Below are positions 40,161 through 43,464 of a DNA stretch of 43,464 nt, piece after piece. The stretch spans positions 1 to 43,464 of IMG/VR virus record IMGVR_UViG_3300021061_000011; one strand, given 5' to 3'. The notes under the pieces are model-generated. The model was not told the origin of the DNA and did no database searches. It was given only the letters and a program-made list of their open reading frames with translations. Source of the DNA: a virus. Made by a program: the position numbers and the translations under genes. Numbering within the stretch: position 1 is the stretch's first letter; each line of letters starts with the position of its first letter.

Positions 40161-40924
40161 GGCGTGCCCGTTCGCCAGTTGAACGGCGAGCCCCAGTTCG
40201 GGAACGACAGCGCCCGATCCGCGTAGATGTCCATCGGTCGCACGTTCGCGACCCGGATGCGGTCCTCGGCGGCCCGCTGCTGCTGCATCAGCAGTTCGCT
40301 GACGGGCAGTCCGCAGACCGGCGCCAGTCGCACCGCCAGCGTATTCGTCAGGAAATCGAGATAGCCCGGCGGCAGCCGGATCGCATCGTTCAGGCTGTCG
40401 ATCTGCGGCATCGGCGTCGGCGTGTAGAGCCGCAGTTGGTAATTGGCGGATTGCGGGACCGGCCACGTCAGGATGTTGCCCAACCCGCCATCCAGGTTGT
40501 CCGCGTCCGTGTCAAAGGCGTAGTCGTAGTAGATCGCCGTCGGGTACGTCGAGGTCATCAGCTTCAACCGGACGTTCGCCCACTGATCCGGGTCTGCGAC
40601 CGTGATCGGGATTTCGAGCGGGTCATCCGCGTTTGTCGGATCGATCACGCTCGCGTTGTCGATCCAGAGCGGCCGATCGATGTCGAAGTCCCCGCCCTGC
40701 CCGATCGTGTAGGTCTGCTGGTCCGCGACGAGGTCGATCGTCGTGCTGACGATGTGCCAGATGAGCAACCGATCGACGCCGAACGAGTCAATCAACGCGA
40801 TCAGCTCGTGGACCGCCACCGGACCATCCGTCGCCGACAGGGGATCGCCCGCCGCGATGTACCCGAGCTTCAGGTACGCGCGGGTGACGAGGTCCCTGAC
40901 GTAGCCTTGCCAGGGGGCACTCAT
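40157..40924 (-). CDS. Head-to-tail adaptor, P22 gp4-like N-terminus
   Basis: VRDLVTRAYLKLGYIAAGDPLSATDGPVAVHELIALIDSF resembles the gp4 N-terminal pattern. It sits immediately before the hub gene. Confidence 0.55.
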   Translation of the reverse strand: MSAPWQGYVRDLVTRAYLKLGYIAAGDPLSATDGPVAVHELIALIDSFGVDRLLIWHIVSTTIDLVADQQTYTIGQGGDFDIDRPLWIDNASVIDPTNADDPLEIPITVADPDQWANVRLKLMTSTYPTAIYYDYAFDTDADNLDGGLGNILTWPVPQSANYQLRLYTPTPMPQIDSLNDAIRLPPGYLDFLTNTLAVRLAPVCGLPVSELLMQQQRAAEDRIRVANVRPMDIYADRALSFPNWGSPFNWRTGTP

Positions 40925-43071
40925 CGCAGCACCATCGCCGTGCAGACATGGCCGGGCGCATTCGCGACGAACACGAACCCGGACGTGGTCAACGTGTCGA
41001 ACCCGATCGCCGTGGCCGTGGGACAGGAGCCGATCACCATGTAGTTGGCGTCGGGTTCGTTCGCCCCGATGGTGGCCGTGATGCCGTTCTGTCCGCCGCC
41101 GAACATGTAGTCGGACTTCGGCGCCACGGTGACTTGCGTGCTGCTGATGTAGCGGTCAATCACGCGTGTCACGTTCGCGCCCACGGGATTCAGCGAAATG
41201 CCGGCCAGGGTGACGGGTTTGCCGACGTCCGACAGATAGAACCGGCCCGAGGTCGCCGTGATCGTCTCGTTCACGATGTTGACGGTCACGTTCCGCTGGA
41301 AGGTGAACGTGGTGGTCGCGCCAGCCCCGAGGGTGGTCTGCACGCGGAGGTTCTGCCCATCGACCCGCGTCCCTTCCGAGAGCATCCGCACGCGCTTCAG
41401 CAACCACGCGGTGAGGGAGGACGTGTTGTCGCCCATGTTTAAGGGCGGCATCTGCTGGGTGTAGATCGGGTAGTCCGCCGTCGTGTCCGTGCCGCTGACC
41501 GTCAGCGTCGCGAGCACGCCCGACTTGTCGCCGTAGGGTCGCAACGAACTGTCCCCGACGTTCTCATCCCAGTACTGGGTATTCGAGACGTCGTAGCGAA
41601 TCGAGGCGCCGGTCGCGATGAAGAACGGCAGCGAGGTATCGCCGAGAATCCGGGAGTCCCTGACCGTGACGAACGGGCAATTGCTACAGGAGACCTTCCC
41701 GCCGATCTTCGAGCCCAGGATCGTGAGCTGGCCGAACGCCCCGGAGACGACGACCCGATCCGCGTTGCTCGGGCTGACGACTTCAATGGACTCCAGCGTG
41801 ACGAGCCCGCCCGAGGTGGACGTGACCACACGGTTGGCCCCTTCCGAACGGATTCCGGTGATGTTGAACGCGCCGTTCTGTTCGATGGCGATGTCGGCCA
41901 CCGTGGAATTGCTGAAGCTGCCCCCCAACACGGTCCCCGTCGAGGCGAGGAAATCCAGGCAGGTGCCGTTCGCATCGCAGGAGACGTTCAGAAACGTGTG
42001 ATTCAGTGAATTCAGGTCGATTTCACTGAAGCCCGTCGTGTTGTTGTAGAAGCCCACGTCCTGATAGAGGATTTCACTCGCCGCCGCCTGGACGCCGCCG
42101 TCACCAGCTCTGATCCCGATCGAAAAGCCCGTGACCGACACATCGGTGAAGACCCCGGCCAGCGTCTGCGTCCCGCCGTAGCCCGCCGAGTTTCCGCCCT
42201 CGAGAATCCCCACCGTCGTCCCCACCGCGACGCCGTTGGTGAGGCCGAAGTGGGTGACCGTGAAGTACTTGATGCGCGAGAGCTTCAGCACCGTGGCATT
42301 CGTGGCGCCGATCCAGCGCAGCCCAGAGGTCGCCGAACTCACCCCGCGAATCGAGAGGTAGCTATCGACGCCGGCCGTCGCCGAGCCGAGCACCAAGGCG
42401 GTGCCCACGGCACAGCGCGTGGCGGGAAACACGACCTCGGCCGCCCGCCCCGACACGGCCAGGGCCGCATCGAACGCATCCTGAATTTCATCCGCATCAT
42501 CCGTGGTGCCATCACAGACTGCCCCGTATTCGGTGACATCGATCTCGAACGGGAACGACGGCCCAGAGTCCCCGCCCGAGGGCGGCGTCACCCGCTTGTC
42601 CACGATGTTGACGCCGCTGATGGTCTGGGCATTCGCGGGAACGTAGACCGCCGCCAGCAACACCACGTTGGTGGGCAGATCGACCGTGTAGGGCGTCACC
42701 GCAGGCACGCCTTCGAGCACGTCGTAATCGCCATCGGTCTCGATCACCACCAGATCGACGCGCGGCAACGAATCGGGCGCCGGGATGATCACGGAGCCGG
42801 CGCCTTCCGACACCGCCACTCCGTTGATCACGACCGCGCAGGCAGCAATCTGCAGCGTGAAGGACAACGGCGAGGACGCCGTCACGGCACAGCCCGAGGT
42901 GACGCCTTCACCGCCAATCCCCGCGACCAGCGCCGCATAGTCGCTTTCCATCGCGACGGCTTGCCGCGGATAGCTCACATCGTTGGCGTTCGGGATCGTG
43001 AACGCCCCCGAGACCGTGAAGCTCAGGGCGAGGCAGAACGCGAGGACGATTACGGCTTTGAGGGTTCGCAT
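40921..43071 (-). CDS. Pectate-lyase-fold beta-helix tailspike/depolymerase-like protein with signal peptide
   Basis: MRTLKAVIVLAFCLALSFTVSG/AF. DVTEYGAVCDGTTDDADEIQDAFDAA, followed by long Gly/Ser/Thr/Val beta-strand repeats. The ORF extends to 43125. Confidence 0.8.
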   Translation of the reverse strand: MRTLKAVIVLAFCLALSFTVSGAFTIPNANDVSYPRQAVAMESDYAALVAGIGGEGVTSGCAVTASSPLSFTLQIAACAVVINGVAVSEGAGSVIIPAPDSLPRVDLVVIETDGDYDVLEGVPAVTPYTVDLPTNVVLLAAVYVPANAQTISGVNIVDKRVTPPSGGDSGPSFPFEIDVTEYGAVCDGTTDDADEIQDAFDAALAVSGRAAEVVFPATRCAVGTALVLGSATAGVDSYLSIRGVSSATSGLRWIGATNATVLKLSRIKYFTVTHFGLTNGVAVGTTVGILEGGNSAGYGGTQTLAGVFTDVSVTGFSIGIRAGDGGVQAAASEILYQDVGFYNNTTGFSEIDLNSLNHTFLNVSCDANGTCLDFLASTGTVLGGSFSNSTVADIAIEQNGAFNITGIRSEGANRVVTSTSGGLVTLESIEVVSPSNADRVVVSGAFGQLTILGSKIGGKVSCSNCPFVTVRDSRILGDTSLPFFIATGASIRYDVSNTQYWDENVGDSSLRPYGDKSGVLATLTVSGTDTTADYPIYTQQMPPLNMGDNTSSLTAWLLKRVRMLSEGTRVDGQNLRVQTTLGAGATTTFTFQRNVTVNIVNETITATSGRFYLSDVGKPVTLAGISLNPVGANVTRVIDRYISSTQVTVAPKSDYMFGGGQNGITATIGANEPDANYMVIGSCPTATAIGFDTLTTSGFVFVANAPGHVCTAMVLR

Positions 43072-43379
43072 TGAAAGGTCGTCCGATTGACCACGCACCC
43101 GGCATCCTTCGACAACTGCTGCCACTGCGCCTCACGCGCGGCGGTGTCGAGCTTGTCCTGACAGCTCCACCAACTCGCCTGGAGCGTGAGAACCTGTTTC
43201 TGCACGGCCGCAAGCTGCTGCTGGAGGTGCAACACCTGGGCACGGAGCTTCTGTTCCACCGTGACGCTCGCGGGCTTCGGCTCGGTGAGAATCGGTTCGT
43301 CCACAATCGGCGTGGGTGCTTGTGCGAACGTCACGGCCATTCCGAGGAGGCACGCGAGGAGAAAGGCGTTGAGCTTCAT
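43050..43379 (-). CDS. 109-aa secreted/anchored coiled-coil protein; its start lies in the terminal repeat
   Basis: MKLNAFLLACLLGMAVTFA/QA, then VEQKLRAQVLHLQQQLAAVQKQVLTLQ. Three Cys after the predicted signal-peptide cleavage. The ATG overlaps the stop of the gene at 39 (ATGA) once the contig is circularised. Confidence 0.7.
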   Translation of the reverse strand: MKLNAFLLACLLGMAVTFAQAPTPIVDEPILTEPKPASVTVEQKLRAQVLHLQQQLAAVQKQVLTLQASWWSCQDKLDTAAREAQWQQLSKDAGCVVNRTTFQCEPSKP

Positions 43380-43464
43380 TCGGTGAAATCCCACACGTAG
43401 CAGACCCCGCGGATCGAGTTGCTATTCGGCCGTCCAGGGACGCAGGCGTACAACCGCTCCGCCA
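43338..43464. repeat. Terminal direct repeat, copy 2
   Basis: Identical to 1-127. A minus-strand gene start (43379, equivalent to 42) lies inside it. Confidence 0.95.

Larger units (their letters stand above)
1..43464. mobile_element. Complete genome of a GC-rich temperate tailed phage with P22-type order terminase-portal-scaffold-coat-adaptor-hub; the contig closes on itself
   Basis: Identical 127-nt ends. Integrase, repressor and an attP-like tRNA fragment are present, as are terminase, portal, coat and endolysin. Genes are tightly packed, almost all on the minus strand. Confidence 0.85.

Noticed and set aside
43050-43379. Calling the coiled-coil protein an i-spanin, with LLAC as a lipobox.
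   Set aside because: The architecture fits Rz-type proteins. However, the gene is about 11 kb from the holin and endolysin genes, no partner o-spanin lipoprotein is evident, and the LLAC Cys sits only 10 residues from the start. The assignment is left open.

Overview
This window is the complete, self-closing genome of a visibly GC-rich temperate tailed phage. The first 127 nt are identical to the last 127 nt, which leaves about 43,337 bp of unique sequence. I support roughly 85 protein-coding genes. All but four or five are on the minus strand, and most are joined by ATGA, GTGA or TGATG stop/start overlaps.

Reading the minus strand from high to low coordinates:
- A Cro-like gene at 27860 is divergent from a plus-strand CI-like repressor, a tyrosine integrase and an attP-like tRNA 3' half (27942-29751).
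- About 8 kb of small early genes follows, almost all without a recognisable function. They include two HTPGPW paralogs, a pentapeptide-repeat protein split by a frameshift, and a protein with an Ala/Asp/Tyr triplet-repeat tract.
- A 515-bp non-coding region lies at 19568-20082.
- More small genes follow, including a VRR-NUC nuclease, Cys-rich proteins and an Xis-like HTH protein.
- A cluster of tiny membrane and secreted proteins lies at 13355-14615.
- The packaging and head genes come next: terS, terL and portal, then a moron-like insert closed by the only canonical intrinsic terminator, then scaffold and a P22-type coat protein.
- A nine-gene block of Sec-signal-bearing fibre-like and beta-helix proteins, plus a TPR protein and a GT-C-like membrane protein, runs across the contig junction.
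- After that come a gp4-like adaptor, a gp10-like hub, a GNAT, four internal/ejection-type proteins and a tail fibre.
- A split lysis cassette (two holin-like proteins and an M15 endolysin) follows, and the strand ends with a sigma-70-family factor.

The most unusual features are:
- the exported-protein block sitting inside the morphogenesis module;
- two families of repeated gene-junction sequences: the core CGAGGGGACA, and a 23-bp repeat containing GTGATCAC;
- a phage sigma factor at the end of the lysis operon;
- several genes whose frames or start codons do not resolve canonically.

All family assignments come from motifs I recognise in the translations. No searches were run.
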